Source: Burkholderiaceae bacterium
GTDB lineage: Bacteria > Pseudomonadota > Gammaproteobacteria > Burkholderiales > Burkholderiaceae_E
Length of the DNA stretch: 64,000 bases
NCBI GenBank assembly: GCA_041396665.1
Contig: JAWKYE010000014.1
Coordinates: 102,189 to 166,188, forward strand
Reading direction: 5' to 3'
Shown: piece after piece, positions 20,502-30,706 of the stretch
Layout of the letters: the number at the start of each line of letters is the position of its first letter
Numbering within the stretch: position 1 is the first letter of the stretch
Made by a program: the position numbers and the translations under genes
The notes under the pieces: model-generated
Seen by the model: only the letters and a program-made list of their open reading frames with translations
Told to the model about the DNA's origin: nothing
The model's database searches: none

Positions 20502-22286
20502 ATGCTCGACACCCTGATCAAAGGCGGCACCGTCGTCGATGGCACCGGCAAGCCGGCCTTTACCGCCGACATCGGCATCCGCGACGGGCGCATCGAGCAT
20601 GTCGGCAAGGGTTCGGTCCAGGCCCGCGAGACCATCGCCGCCGACGGCGCCACGGTCACGCCAGGCTTCGTCGACATCCACACCCACTACGATGGTCAGG
20701 CGTCGTGGGACCAGACGTTTTCGCCCAGCCTCTTGCACGGCGTGACGACCGTCGTGATGGGCAACTGCGGGGTCGGCTTCGCGCCGGTACACGATCATGA
20801 TCACGAGCGCCTGATCGAACTGATGCAGGGGGTCGAGGAAATCCCGGGCGCGGCGCTCGAGGAAGGCATTCAGTGGGGCTGGAATTCGTTCGAACAATAC
20901 ATCGACGCGCTCGATGCCAAGCCTCACTCGTTGGACTTCATGACGCTGGTGCCGCATGACAGCCTGCGCCTGTTCGTGATGGGCGATCGCGCCGCCAACC
21001 GCGAAGCGGCTACCGAGGCCGACTGCGAGGCGATGCAGGGCCTGCTCGCCGCCGCGTTGCGCAAGGGCGCGATTGGCTTCTCGACCGGCCGTTCGGACAA
21101 CCATCGCACGGCGCGCGGTGAGGAAACCCCGTCCGGCGAGGCCGACGCGCGCGAACTGAACACGCTGGCCGCTGCCCTGCGGGCCTGCCGTACCGGGTAC
21201 TACACGCGGTCAGCGACTACGACTGCATGCGTTCCGGAGGACGGCGACGAGCGGATGCGCTTCGATCGCGAGTACGACCTGCTGGCGGGCATGGCGCGCG
21301 CCGGCGGCCGCCCGCTCGCGCTGACCTGGCTCGAACGCATCAACGCCCCGCAGCAGCACCGCTGGCTGGCCGACCGGGCCGATGCCTCGTTCGCCGAGGG
21401 TTTGGACATCCGCCTGCAGACCGCCTGCCGGCCGGTGGGCATCATGAACGGGCTGGACACGAGCTTCAACGTGCTCAAGTCCTACCCCGGTTACCGGGAG
21501 ATCGGCCACCTGCCGGTCGCCGAGCGTCTCAAGTATCTGCGCGACCCAGGGTTCAAGGCCCGTTTGCTGGCCGAAAAACCGGTCAAGCTGGCCCAGGTCG
21601 GCTCGGCGGTGCCGCCGTTGGTCGACCAGGTCGTCGCCGACCTGGCCAATACCGCCGCGGTGATGTTCCCGCTGACCACCGGTACCGACCTGACACCGAA
21701 CTACGAGCCCGATCCGTCGACCTCGTTCGCGGCCCAGGCCAACGCGCGGGGCGTGTCCGCGCTGGAGGTGATCTACGACTACCTGGCCGACGGCGACGGC
21801 GGCAACCTGATCTACTTTCCGATCTTCAACTACCTGCGCGGCTCGATGGACACGCTGCACGAGATGCTCTCGCATCCGCGCGCGCTGTTCTCGCTGGGCG
21901 ATGCCGGCGCGCACGTGGGCACGATCTGCGATGCCAGTTTCCAGACGACGATGCTGTCGCACTGGGTTCGCGACCGTGCGCGCGGCGCGCGCTTCTCGAT
22001 CGAACAGGCGGTCGAGATGATGAGTGCACGCAACGCCCGTCACCTGGGCCTGACCGACCGCGGCCTGATCGCGCCCGGGATGCGCGCCGATCTGAACATC
22101 ATCGATGCCGCCCGGGTGGCGCCGCTCAATCCGCACATCGTGCGCGACCTGCCCGCCGGCGGGCGCCGCGTCGTCCAGGGCGCGCGGGGCATGCTGGCCA
22201 CGCTGGTCGCCGGCCAGGTGATCTGCGCCAATGGCGAAGTGACCGGCGCGCGGCCGGGCCGCTGGCTCAGCGCCGCGAAGGGCTGA
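20502..22286 (+). CDS. N-acyl-D-amino-acid deacylase (D-aminoacylase) family amidohydrolase
   Basis: MLDTLIKGGTVVDGTG…PGFVDIHTHYDG metal-binding motif and a C-terminal DAGAHVG. GGAGA ribosome-binding site. One continuous 594-aa frame. A short patch at about 21190-21240 (…TGYYTRSATTTAC…) looks atypical and may hide a compensated frameshift. Confidence 0.75.
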   Translation: MLDTLIKGGTVVDGTGKPAFTADIGIRDGRIEHVGKGSVQARETIAADGATVTPGFVDIHTHYDGQASWDQTFSPSLLHGVTTVVMGNCGVGFAPVHDHDHERLIELMQGVEEIPGAALEEGIQWGWNSFEQYIDALDAKPHSLDFMTLVPHDSLRLFVMGDRAANREAATEADCEAMQGLLAAALRKGAIGFSTGRSDNHRTARGEETPSGEADARELNTLAAALRACRTGYYTRSATTTACVPEDGDERMRFDREYDLLAGMARAGGRPLALTWLERINAPQQHRWLADRADASFAEGLDIRLQTACRPVGIMNGLDTSFNVLKSYPGYREIGHLPVAERLKYLRDPGFKARLLAEKPVKLAQVGSAVPPLVDQVVADLANTAAVMFPLTTGTDLTPNYEPDPSTSFAAQANARGVSALEVIYDYLADGDGGNLIYFPIFNYLRGSMDTLHEMLSHPRALFSLGDAGAHVGTICDASFQTTMLSHWVRDRARGARFSIEQAVEMMSARNARHLGLTDRGLIAPGMRADLNIIDAARVAPLNPHIVRDLPAGGRRVVQGARGMLATLVAGQVICANGEVTGARPGRWLSAAKG

Positions 22287-22304
22287 GGCTCCGGCGCGGG
22301 TCGG

Positions 22305-22772
22305 TCAGAGGATCTCGTACAGGTTCAGGTGCACGGCGCTGGCCTCGCGGGCACCGACCCCGACGGCCAGCACCCGGTTGACCCAGTCGTAGCGCGGATC
22401 GCCGGTTTCGAAACGGGCGTGGGTGCGCATCGAGTAACTGGCCGGATCGACCGACTCGCCGCGCGCCAGCGCCGCCATCACCGCCGGCGGGCCGTGCCGC
22501 AGACCGAGGTTGCGGATTTCGATGATCGCGCCGTCGTCGGTCTGCATCGCGTAACGGGTGTCCAGAAAAGCGGTGCTGTCCGCGTACACGGTCTGCCAGT
22601 CGGCGCCCAGATTCAGGATGGTCCCCTGCAGGCGCTCGCCTGTCACCCGGCCACCGATGATCGGGATGATGCGTCGGCGGCCCCCCGGGCCCATGCCCAT
22701 TTCCATCGGGGCAGCCAGCATGACCTCGAAGTGACAGAGCGGGGAAAGCGTCGGTTCAGGCAACTTGATCAT
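22305..22772 (-). CDS. DUF3237-domain protein
   Basis: 155 aa (MIKLPEPTLSPLCHFEVMLAAPME…), intact. Overlaps the upstream MarR gene by 17 nt. Confidence 0.7.
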   Translation of the reverse strand: MIKLPEPTLSPLCHFEVMLAAPMEMGMGPGGRRRIIPIIGGRVTGERLQGTILNLGADWQTVYADSTAFLDTRYAMQTDDGAIIEIRNLGLRHGPPAVMAALARGESVDPASYSMRTHARFETGDPRYDWVNRVLAVGVGAREASAVHLNLYEIL

Positions 22773-23253
22773 CTATCGGGTCTCCGGGCGCACCCACGCG
22801 CCATAGCAAATCGAGTAACTGGGCCCGCTCGGACGGGCTCAGGCCGGCCAGCGCCTGGTCCTCCATCGTCAGCGATTCGGCATGCGCGCGGGCCTGCAGG
22901 CGCCGGCCCGTGGCGGTCAGGCTGACCAGCAGCGAGCGCCCGTCGCGCGCGTTGCGCCGGCGCGCGAGCAGGCCGCGCGCCAGCAGCCGCTCGACGATGA
23001 CGGTCAGGTTGGGCGCCTTGAGACGCAGCGCGACCGCCAGTTGCTTTTGCGTCATCGGCGCCCGGTCGGCCAGCAGGCCGAGCAACGCGAACTCCACCGG
23101 CCGCAGCTCGAACGGTACGCCGATACGCGCCAGGAACACGTCGCGCAGTTGCAGCTGCACCTGCAGCGCCGCATAGCCGACCAGGTGGCGCAGCGACGCG
23201 CCCGGCACGGTCGCGTCGGTCCGGGCCGGCACCTCGTCGGCGAGCGCGGCCAT
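22756..23253 (-). CDS. MarR-family transcriptional regulator (HcaR-like context)
   Basis: Winged-HTH region TQKQLAVALRLKAPNLTVIVERLLARGLLARRRNARDGRSLLVSLTATG. The ATG immediately follows the stop of the decayed CoA-ligase gene (TGAATG). Confidence 0.85.
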   Translation of the reverse strand: MAALADEVPARTDATVPGASLRHLVGYAALQVQLQLRDVFLARIGVPFELRPVEFALLGLLADRAPMTQKQLAVALRLKAPNLTVIVERLLARGLLARRRNARDGRSLLVSLTATGRRLQARAHAESLTMEDQALAGLSPSERAQLLDLLWRVGAPGDPIDDQVA

Positions 23254-25114
23254 TCAGCGGCCCTGATGGATCACGTGCACCAACGGGTCGTCGCCGGCCT
23301 GCGACGCATGCAGTTTCTCGACCAGGGCCGCCCGGTGGGCCAGCACCGCCCGCTGGTTGAAAGAGGCGCGTCGGTGATCTCGCCAACATCGATCGACGGC
23401 GGTTCGGTCATCAGCATCAGGCGCGCGACGCGGGTCGGGCTGCCGGTGCCGGCGGCGTACTGGCGCTCGAGCAGCGCACGGAACCAGTCCGGCAGCGCAG
23501 GCGACGTGACATCGTTCGCAGGTCGGTCACCGCCGAACCGAGCAGGCGCGCACTCGTCGGGCCGCACGAACACCAGCAGGCCGACATCGTCGCGGTTCAG
23601 GCCGGTGACGATCACCGTCACCACACGATGGGCGCCGTCGTGAATGACCCGCGCCCGCAACGGGCCGACGCTGACGAAGGTCCCACTGGAGAGCTTGAAG
23701 TCTTCGGCGATGCGGCCATCGAAACGCAGCCCGCGCGCTGCGGATCGACGAGGTCGCTTCAGGCGGCCGCGCGGTCCAGTAAAAGCCCTGCTCGTCGAAC
23801 GCGGCCCGGCTCAGTTCGGGTTCGCGCCAATGGCCAGGCATCGGGTTGGGGCAAAACGGATCTCGGTCTTGCCCTCGAGTGGGACCAGGCGCACCTCCAC
23901 CCCCGGGCACGGCGAATGTCGCCGGCCTGCACATCGGTGCCGACGGCGAGGTATCGACGGTGCGGTTCGGTCATACCCAGGCCGGTGATGATCGGAATGC
24001 GTTCGCCGACGATGCGTTCGGCGGTGGCATCCAGCAGGCATCCCAGACCGGCTGCGACAATGCGGCCCCCGGAATAGAAAAAGCATCGCACCTTGGCCAT
24101 CAGGCGCCGGGCCAGTGCTCATCGAGGCCATCGCGCCGGCGATCTCCTCGAAGCCCTTGGGCACGTTGAAGTAGATCGTCGGCGAGATCTCGCGCAGGTA
24201 CGCAGCGTCTCGTCGATCAGGCCGGGCGCCGGCTTGCCATCGTCGATGTACATCGTGCCCCCGTGAAAGAGCACGATCCCGACGTATGACTGCCGCCGAA
24301 CGTGTGGATTCCAGGGCGGCCAGTCCGACCAGCACCGGCGGCGCCTCGGCCGAGAAGGCAGGCACTGGAGGCTAACATCTGCTGGTTCGAGCAGAGCATC
24401 CGCTGGGTGGTGATGACCCCCTTGGGCATGCTGGTCGACCCGAGGTGAACAACACCTTGACCACGGTGTCGGCATTCACCGCATCGTGGGCCGCCCACAA
24501 CCGATGGCGCCCGGCACCGTCTGCAACAGGTCGGCATACGAGGTCAGTGCGCGCCCGGCCGACCCGGTCATCGACATCACCTCGACCTGGTCGCCGACCG
24601 CCTTGTCGATCGCGCGGGCGAAGCGGTCGGCATCGTCGGCGAACACCAGGCCTGGCTCCAGCCTGGCCAGGATGTGCCGCAGTTTGCCAAAGTCGCCCGA
24701 TTGCAACGCGTAGGCCGGCGACACCGGCGTGTGGGGCACGCCGACCCACTGGCAGGCCAGCGCCAGCGTGAAATGCTCGATGCTGTTGCCCGACAAGATG
24801 GCGACCGGACGATCGGCGCCCAGCCCGCGATCGACCAGTGCCTGGCCCAGCGCGCGGACCCGCGCCAGCATCTGCCGGTAGCTGACCGTCTGCCACGCAC
24901 CGTCGGCGCCCCGGCGCGCGACCACCGTGCGCTCCGGCGCCCTGGCCGCCCAGTGCTCGACACGATCGGTGAGGCGCGCCGGGTAATCGAGCAGCGCCTC
25001 GGTCGACATCACCCGGGTGTCATCGGGCGCCACCTGCTCGATCCGGGCCGACACGCAGCCACCGAACTTCGCGTCGCGCCAGCGGGGCTGCCGGGCAGCG
25101 GTCGGCTTGTTCAT
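23254..25114 (-). pseudogene. AMP-dependent synthetase (feruloyl/hydroxycinnamoyl-CoA synthetase-like acyl-CoA ligase), at least six frameshifts
   Basis: Recognisable pieces lie in all three frames. N-terminus MNKPTAARQ…LTDRVEHWAARAPERTVVAR…PVAILSGNSIEH…PVSPAY (24476..25411). The AMP motif VVHLGSTSMPKGVITTQRML (24217..24537). IVLFHGGTMYIDDGKPAPGLIDETL (24119..24475). EVRLVPLEGKTEIRF (23811..24365). GSPTRVARLMLMTEPPSIDVGEITD (23271..23660). The C-terminal tail NQRAVLAHRAALVEKLHA ends at 23254. Confidence 0.75.
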
Positions 25115-25119
25115 CAGGC

Positions 25120-25978
25120 ATCTCGGCCGGTTGCACCTTGGCGGCACGACCGGCGGCGAACGCCTGCATCCGCGCCTTGGCATCGCCGTCGCTCTGAGCG
25201 TCGCAGCCATCGAGATCGGTGAACAGGCCTCCTGGAGCCGAGCTCGGCGATGCGCGGCAACGCATGCATGACCGCGTAGGTGGACGGCGAATTGCAGCGT
25301 CCGCGCCACCAGCCTGCACGCGTGCGCGAAGCCCTGGCCGGCGGCGACGCCTGTAGTTGACCAGGCAGTCGCTCGGCCTGGGCGCTGGAAGCGCCGACCG
25401 GTGAGCATCATGGGTCATGCGGCTCACGCCGATCCAGGCGCGGAATGCGCACCGAGCGCCGCCGACGAACAGGCCCCGCTGGCCCTCGGGCAGTGCGAAG
25501 AACGCGTCGGGCTCGGCAATGCGCAGGTGGGCCAGGGCCGCCAGTTCGAGACCGCCGCCGACCCCACCGCGCCACGCAGCACCGCGATCACCGGTGCCCG
25601 GCCATGCTGGACCTGGTCGAAGGCCGCGTGCCACATCCGCCGCGAATGGGCGATACCGCCGGCGGCATCGTGCTCGTCAGCGACGACCGTCGAGGCCCCG
25701 CGCAGGAAATGCAGGCCCTGCCCGCTGACGATCGCGCGCGGTGGCGGCGGCTGCACGAAGCGCTGCTGCAACACTGCAGCACCATGTCGTCGCTGAGCGC
25801 ATTGCGCTTGGCCGGCCGGTTCAACTCGATGTGCACGATGGCACCCGTCTACTGGGACACGCAGGTGATGCAGCGCGGCAAAGGGCTCGCCCAGCGGTTC
25901 GAAGGCGTTGGGCAGCTCGGACGACAGGGTGGCAGTATTCAAGGCTTGTCTCCGGGTTGGATCAACGGCGATAATCAT
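25120..25978 (-). pseudogene. Enoyl-CoA hydratase/isomerase (crotonase) family, feruloyl-CoA hydratase-lyase-like context, at least three frameshifts
   Basis: …EPFAALHHLRVPVDG / IVHIELNRPAKRNALSDDMVLQ / …[13 protein letters not shown] / [34 protein letters not shown] / MMLTGRRFQ are distributed over three frames. The end coordinate is approximate. Confidence 0.65.
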
Positions 25979-25988
25979 AAACCATATC
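25970..25988. promoter_or_regulatory. AT-rich Fur-box-like operator in a divergent promoter region
   Basis: GATAATCATAAACCATATC matches the 19-bp Fur consensus GATAATGATAATCATTATC at 15/19 positions. It sits inside a 45-bp tract of below 35% GC (25968-26015) in an otherwise 70% GC sequence, between the divergent crotonase and amidohydrolase genes. Confidence 0.3.
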
Positions 25989-26059
25989 GTTATCATTCAT
26001 AACTAATATTTATCCCCGTTGCTTGCCTTCCCATCGCCAGAAACCGGACGCCGCCGCCC

Positions 26060-26939
26060 ATGAAAACCGAAGACCTGATCGCCATCGACATCCACACCCA
26101 CGCCGAAGTGTCGTGCTGGAACCCTTTTGACAAGTACGGCGAGGAATACGACCGAGCCGCCGACCAAGTACTTTCGCTCCAGTCGCCGCCCGACGATCGC
26201 CGAAACGATCGCCTACTACCGCGAGGAAAAAGATCGGCTGGTCATGTTCACCGTCGATGCCGCCGAAACCAGCATGGGTCGGCGCCGCACTCCCGAACCG
26301 AAGTCACCCGCGGCCGCCAACGAGGCAACAGCCGGCTGGTGATCGTTCGCCAGCATCGGTCACCTAGGGCAAGATGGGCGCGCGCGAGGCCCGCCGGCTG
26401 ATCGAGGGCACGGCGTGCGCGGTTTCAAGTTCCACCCGACCGTGCAGGGCTTCTACCCGCAGGACAAGATGGCCTGGCCGATCTACGAGGTGATCAACGA
26501 ATACAAGATGCCGGCCATCTTTCACAGCGGCCACTCGGGCATCGGCAGCGGCGTACGTTGCGGCGGCGGCCTGCGCCTGGAGTGCTCGAACCCGATGCAC
26601 CTGGACAGGGGTGGCCGCGACCTTTGGCGACATGCAGATCATCATCGCCCACCCGTCCTGGCCTGGCAGGACGAGGCCTTGTCGGTGGCACTTCACAAGC
26701 CCAATGTCTGGATAGACCTGTCGGGCTGGTCGCCCAAGTACTTTCCGCCGCAACTGGTCCAGTACTCGAACACGCTGCTTCGCGACCGGATCCTGTTTGG
26801 TTCCGGATTTCCGCTGATCACCCCCGAGCGCTGGATGAAGGACTTCACCGAGGCCGGTTTCAAAGAGGAGGTCCAGCCCGGCATCCTCAAGGGAAACGCG
26901 ATGCGCCTGCTCGGGTTGCAGGCACCCGCCGCGGCGTGA
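26060..26939 (+). pseudogene. Amidohydrolase-2 (COG2159, ACMSD/LigI-like TIM-barrel hydrolase) with at least four frameshifts, including a compensated pair
   Basis: MKTEDLIAIDIHTHAEV (frame A). KYFRSSRRPTIAETIAYYREEKDRLVMFTVDAAETSMGRRR (frame B, 26127..26342). GFKFHPTVQGFYP…IFHSGHSGIGSG…NPMHLD (frame C). A 20-aa out-of-frame patch follows (RGGRDLWRHADHHRPPVLA), where GVAATFGDMQIIIAHPSWPW is the alternative reading. The frame is then restored (QDEALSVALHKPNVWIDLSGW…) to the stop at 26939. Confidence 0.75.
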
Positions 26940-27039
26940 TCCGCGACGCTGCGCGGTGCGCGATGGCGATACGCGGACAATCCCGCCAGCCCGGGAGCGC
27001 TTCTCTATAATGGGTGACCCTCGACCCCGGAGACACCCA

Positions 27040-30000
27040 ATTGAACGCACCGGTCCAGCAAAGCCGCATGGAAATGGCCCTGCTCGACCGTTGCGGTCGA
27101 GCAGGGATGGCTCGCGGCATGCCGGGCTATGGTACGACTGCCGATCCAGCAACGGCTGCGCGACGCGGCCGCCGGCCTGAACACCGGGGGCTACATCTCA
27201 GGCTACCGCGGCTCGCCGCTGGGTCGCTACGACATCGAGCTGTGGGCGGCCGAGGAATACCTGAAAAAGCAGAACATCGTCTTTCGTGCCGGCGTCAATG
27301 AAGACCTGGCCGCGACGGCGATCTGGGGCGCCAGTATGTCGGCGCCTTTCCGGTGCCAAGGTCGATGGTATTCGGCATCTGGTATGGCAAAGGGCCGGGG
27401 GTCGATCGCTCCGGCGATCCGTTCCTCGTGCAGACCTGGCCGGTGCCGCACCGCACGGTGGCGCGATCGCGCTGGCCGGCGACGATCACGGTGCCAAAGT
27501 CCAGTACCGTGGCCAACTACTCCGGACCTGAACTTCGTCGCCGCCGGCATCCCGCTGCTCTATCCTGCCAATGCTCAGGAACTGCTCGATCTGGGCCTGC
27601 ACGGCATCGCGATGAGTCGCTACTCGGGTTGCTGGGTCGGCATGAAGGTCGTCACCGACGTCGTCGAGGGCGGTGGCTCGGTACTGGTCTCGCCGACTTC
27701 ACCCGGTGATCGAGCTGCCGCCCTGCCCACCGAACCGGTCGGCGGCCACAACAGCCGCGCCATCGACGCTCCGCTGCCCCAGGAGGAGCGCCTCTATCAC
27801 CGCAAGCACTGGCGGTGCTGGCCTACGCCCGGAGCCAGCGGCTCAACCGGATCGAAGAGGTCAAGCCGCCTGCTTGGGCGCGGGTCGGCGTGCTGGCCGC
27901 GGGCAAGGCCTGGCGGGACCTTCGCCAGGCGATGGTGGCGCTGGGCATAGACGTCACCAGGCGCAGGCACTGGGCCTGCGCATCATGAAGGTCGGCCTGG
28001 TCTGGCCGCTGGACCCCGAGATCGTGCGCGAGTTCGCCGCCAGGCTCGACGCGATCGTCGTCGTCGAAGAAAAGCGCCCGCTGCTCGAGGGACCAGTTGC
28101 GTGCCGTGCTCTACAGCGCAGCAAAACTCGCCAACTCTATGGCAAGCACGCGAACGGCGGTCTTCGACCAGAACCAGAAGGCCAGTTGTTTCCCAACCGC
28201 CACGGCGAGATCAACCCCGGCCTGATCGCGCCGCATGCTCATGCGAAGTGCTGATCCGCGAACCCAACTGTTACTTCGATCCGCAACGGCTGCGCGGCCT
28301 GGCCCCGGTGCCAGGTTTTTCGAGACACCGACGCGCCCGATTCCTTGGCCGGAGGCGCGCCGCGAAGACCGCGACAAAGACCACACGGTGGTGCCGATCC
28401 GCGCGCCCTCGTTCTGCTCGGGCTGCCCGCATGCCCCGCTCAGCCAGGTGCCGGACGGCAGCCGGGCCTTGGCCGGTATCCGGCTGTCACTCGACCGCAC
28501 TGCGAAGACCCGGTCAAGACCACGACCTGGTCGCACATGGGCGGCGAAGGCGTGATGTGCAAACGGCCGAACAGCCGTTCACCGAAGAGCCGCACGTGTT
28601 CGCCAACCTGGGCGATGGCGCAGCTCTTTCACTCGGGTTTTCCTGGCGGTGCGCCAGGCGGTCGCCGCCCATGTGCCGATGACCTACAAGGTGTTGTTCA
28701 ACGGCTTCGTCTCGATGACCGGCGGCCAGCAGGTCGACGGTGAGATGACCGTGCCGGGGATCCTGGCGCAGTTCGCCGCCGAAGGCGTGCGCAAGATGGC
28801 GGTGGTCACCGACGAGCCGGCCAAGTACGAAGGGCTCAAGCTGCCCGATGGCGTCCCGGTGCATCCGCGCGACCAGCTCGATGCGGTGCAACGGGAGTTT
28901 CGCGAATACAAGGACGTTTCGGTCATCGTCTACGACCAGCCCTGCGCAACCGAGCGCCGCCGCCTGCGCAAGCGCGGCAAGTGGGCCGATCCGGATCTGC
29001 GCACCTTCATCAACCCGGCGGTGTGCGAGGGCTGCGGCGACTGCGGCAAGCAGGCCAACTGCCTGTCGATCGAGCCGCTGGAAACCGAGCTGGGCCGCAA
29101 ACGGCGGATCAACCAGTCCAGCTGCAACAAGGACTTCTCCTGCGTCGACGGCTTTTGCCCGAGCTTCGTGACCGTGGCCGGGGGCAAGCTGCGCAAGTCG
29201 GCCCAGGGCGCCAAGGCCACCTCCACGACGGCCTCGCCGCAGGCGAGCGCCGCGCTGCCGGTAGCGCCGGCAATCGATCTGCCCGATCCGGTCTTCGAGC
29301 GCCCGACCGATGCCTCCTACAGCATCCTGGTCACCGGCATCGGCGGCACCGGCGTGGTCACGATCGGCCAGACGCTGGCCGTGGCCGCCCACCTCGAGGG
29401 CTACTTCTCATCGAACCTCGATGTCACCGGCCTGTCGCAAAAATACGGCGCCGTGCTCTCGCATATCAAGCTCGCCCCCGAGGCCCGCATGCTGCATGCC
29501 ACCCGCATCGCCGCCGGCGAAGCCGATGCACTGGTCGGCTGCGACCTGATCGTCACCGCGGGCGACGAATCGATGGCGCGCCTGAGCAAGGGTCGCACCG
29601 GTGGCGTGGTCTGCACGGACATGGTGCCGACCTCCGAGTTCGCCCGCAATCCCGACTGGCGGGCCGACGACAAGGCGTTGTTCGCGCGGGTCAATGACGC
29701 GGCCGACGGCAAGTTGCAGGGTTTCGAGGCGCTGCGCCTGTCCAAGACGCTGCTGGGCGACGCGATAGGCGCCAACATGATGCTGCTGGGCGCCGCCTGG
29801 CAGATGGGTCGCATCCCGTTGTCGCGAGCCGCGATCGACCGCGCGATCGAACTGAACGGCGTGGCCGTGGCCATGAACAAGTCGGCCTTCGACTGGGGCC
29901 GGCGCCTGGTCGTCGACCCCGACGCGGTGCTGCGCCAGGCTGCGCCGGCCAGCCACGCGGCCCAGGCCAAGGTGATCAGCCTGAACCGGCCGCGGCTGCA

Positions 30001-30686
30001 GTCGCTGGACGACATCGTCAAGCACCGTCGCCAGTTGCTCACCCAGTACAAGAACCGCGGCTGGGCCCTGCAAATTCTCCGACCAGGTCGAGCGCATCAG
30101 CGCCGCCGAATCAGCGCTGCCCGTCAGTGCCGGCAAGCAGGCGGTGGCCAAGGCGGTGGCCCGCAACCTGGCCAAGCTGATGGCGCACAAGGACGAGTTC
30201 GAGGTCGCCCGCTTGTTCTGACCAGTGAGGAATTCCGCAAAGAGCTGGACGACACCTTCGAGCCTGGCTACACCTTGCGGTTCCACGTGGCCGGTGGTCC
30301 ATTCGGCAAGCGCGATGCCAGCGGTCGGCTGCAAAAGGCCGAGGTCGGCCCGTGGCTGATGACCGGGTTTCGCTGGCTTGCCCGGATGCGCTTCCTGCGC
30401 GGCGGCCTCCTGGATGTCTACCGTCACTCCGGACGAGCGGCAACTGGCGCGCAAGCTGCTCACCGACTACGAGTCCGACCTGGTCCTGATCCGCGAGCGA
30501 CTCAGCGAGCGCACACTCGACGACGCGCTGGCACTGGCGAACTGGCCGGACAAGGTGCGTGGCTACGGACACGTGCGCGAAGAGCATGTGCGCCAGGTCG
30601 CGATCGAGCGCGACAGGCTGCGCGCCAGCCTGCAGGCCGGCCCGAGCCCGCGGCCGCAGGCGGCCGAGACGGTGCGGGCGGCCTGA
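27040..30686 (+). pseudogene. Second IOR-family 2-oxoacid:ferredoxin oxidoreductase paralogue, heavily frameshifted
   Basis: LPIQQRLRDAAAGLNTGGYISGYRGSPLG (27129 frame). VFGIWYGKGPGVDRSGDPF (27353). NFVAAGIPLLYPANAQELLDLGLHGIAMSRYSGCWVGMKVVTDVVEGGGS (27129..27950). MKVGLVWPLDPEIVREFAARLDAIVVVEEKRPLLEG (27673..28254). FCSGCPHAP (28235). HMGGEGV (28345). A long 28649.. frame (MTYKVLFNG… 4Fe-4S CEGCGDCG… to …TQYKNRGWA). KDEFEVARLF-stop at 30221. TSEEFRKELDDTFEPGY…. The C-terminus TPDERQLARKLLTDYESDLVLIRERL… ends at 30686. The N-terminal start position is approximate. Confidence 0.75.
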
Positions 30687-30706
30687 GGCCGCGCACCCCG
30701 GGCGAC

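Noticed and set aside
25424-25996. A 190-aa ORF starting MITIWFMIIAVDP.
   Set aside because: The ATG and first codons fall in the AT-rich promoter tract. Only the downstream part, from about MIIAVDP/EPFAALHHLRV, belongs to the crotonase pseudogene.
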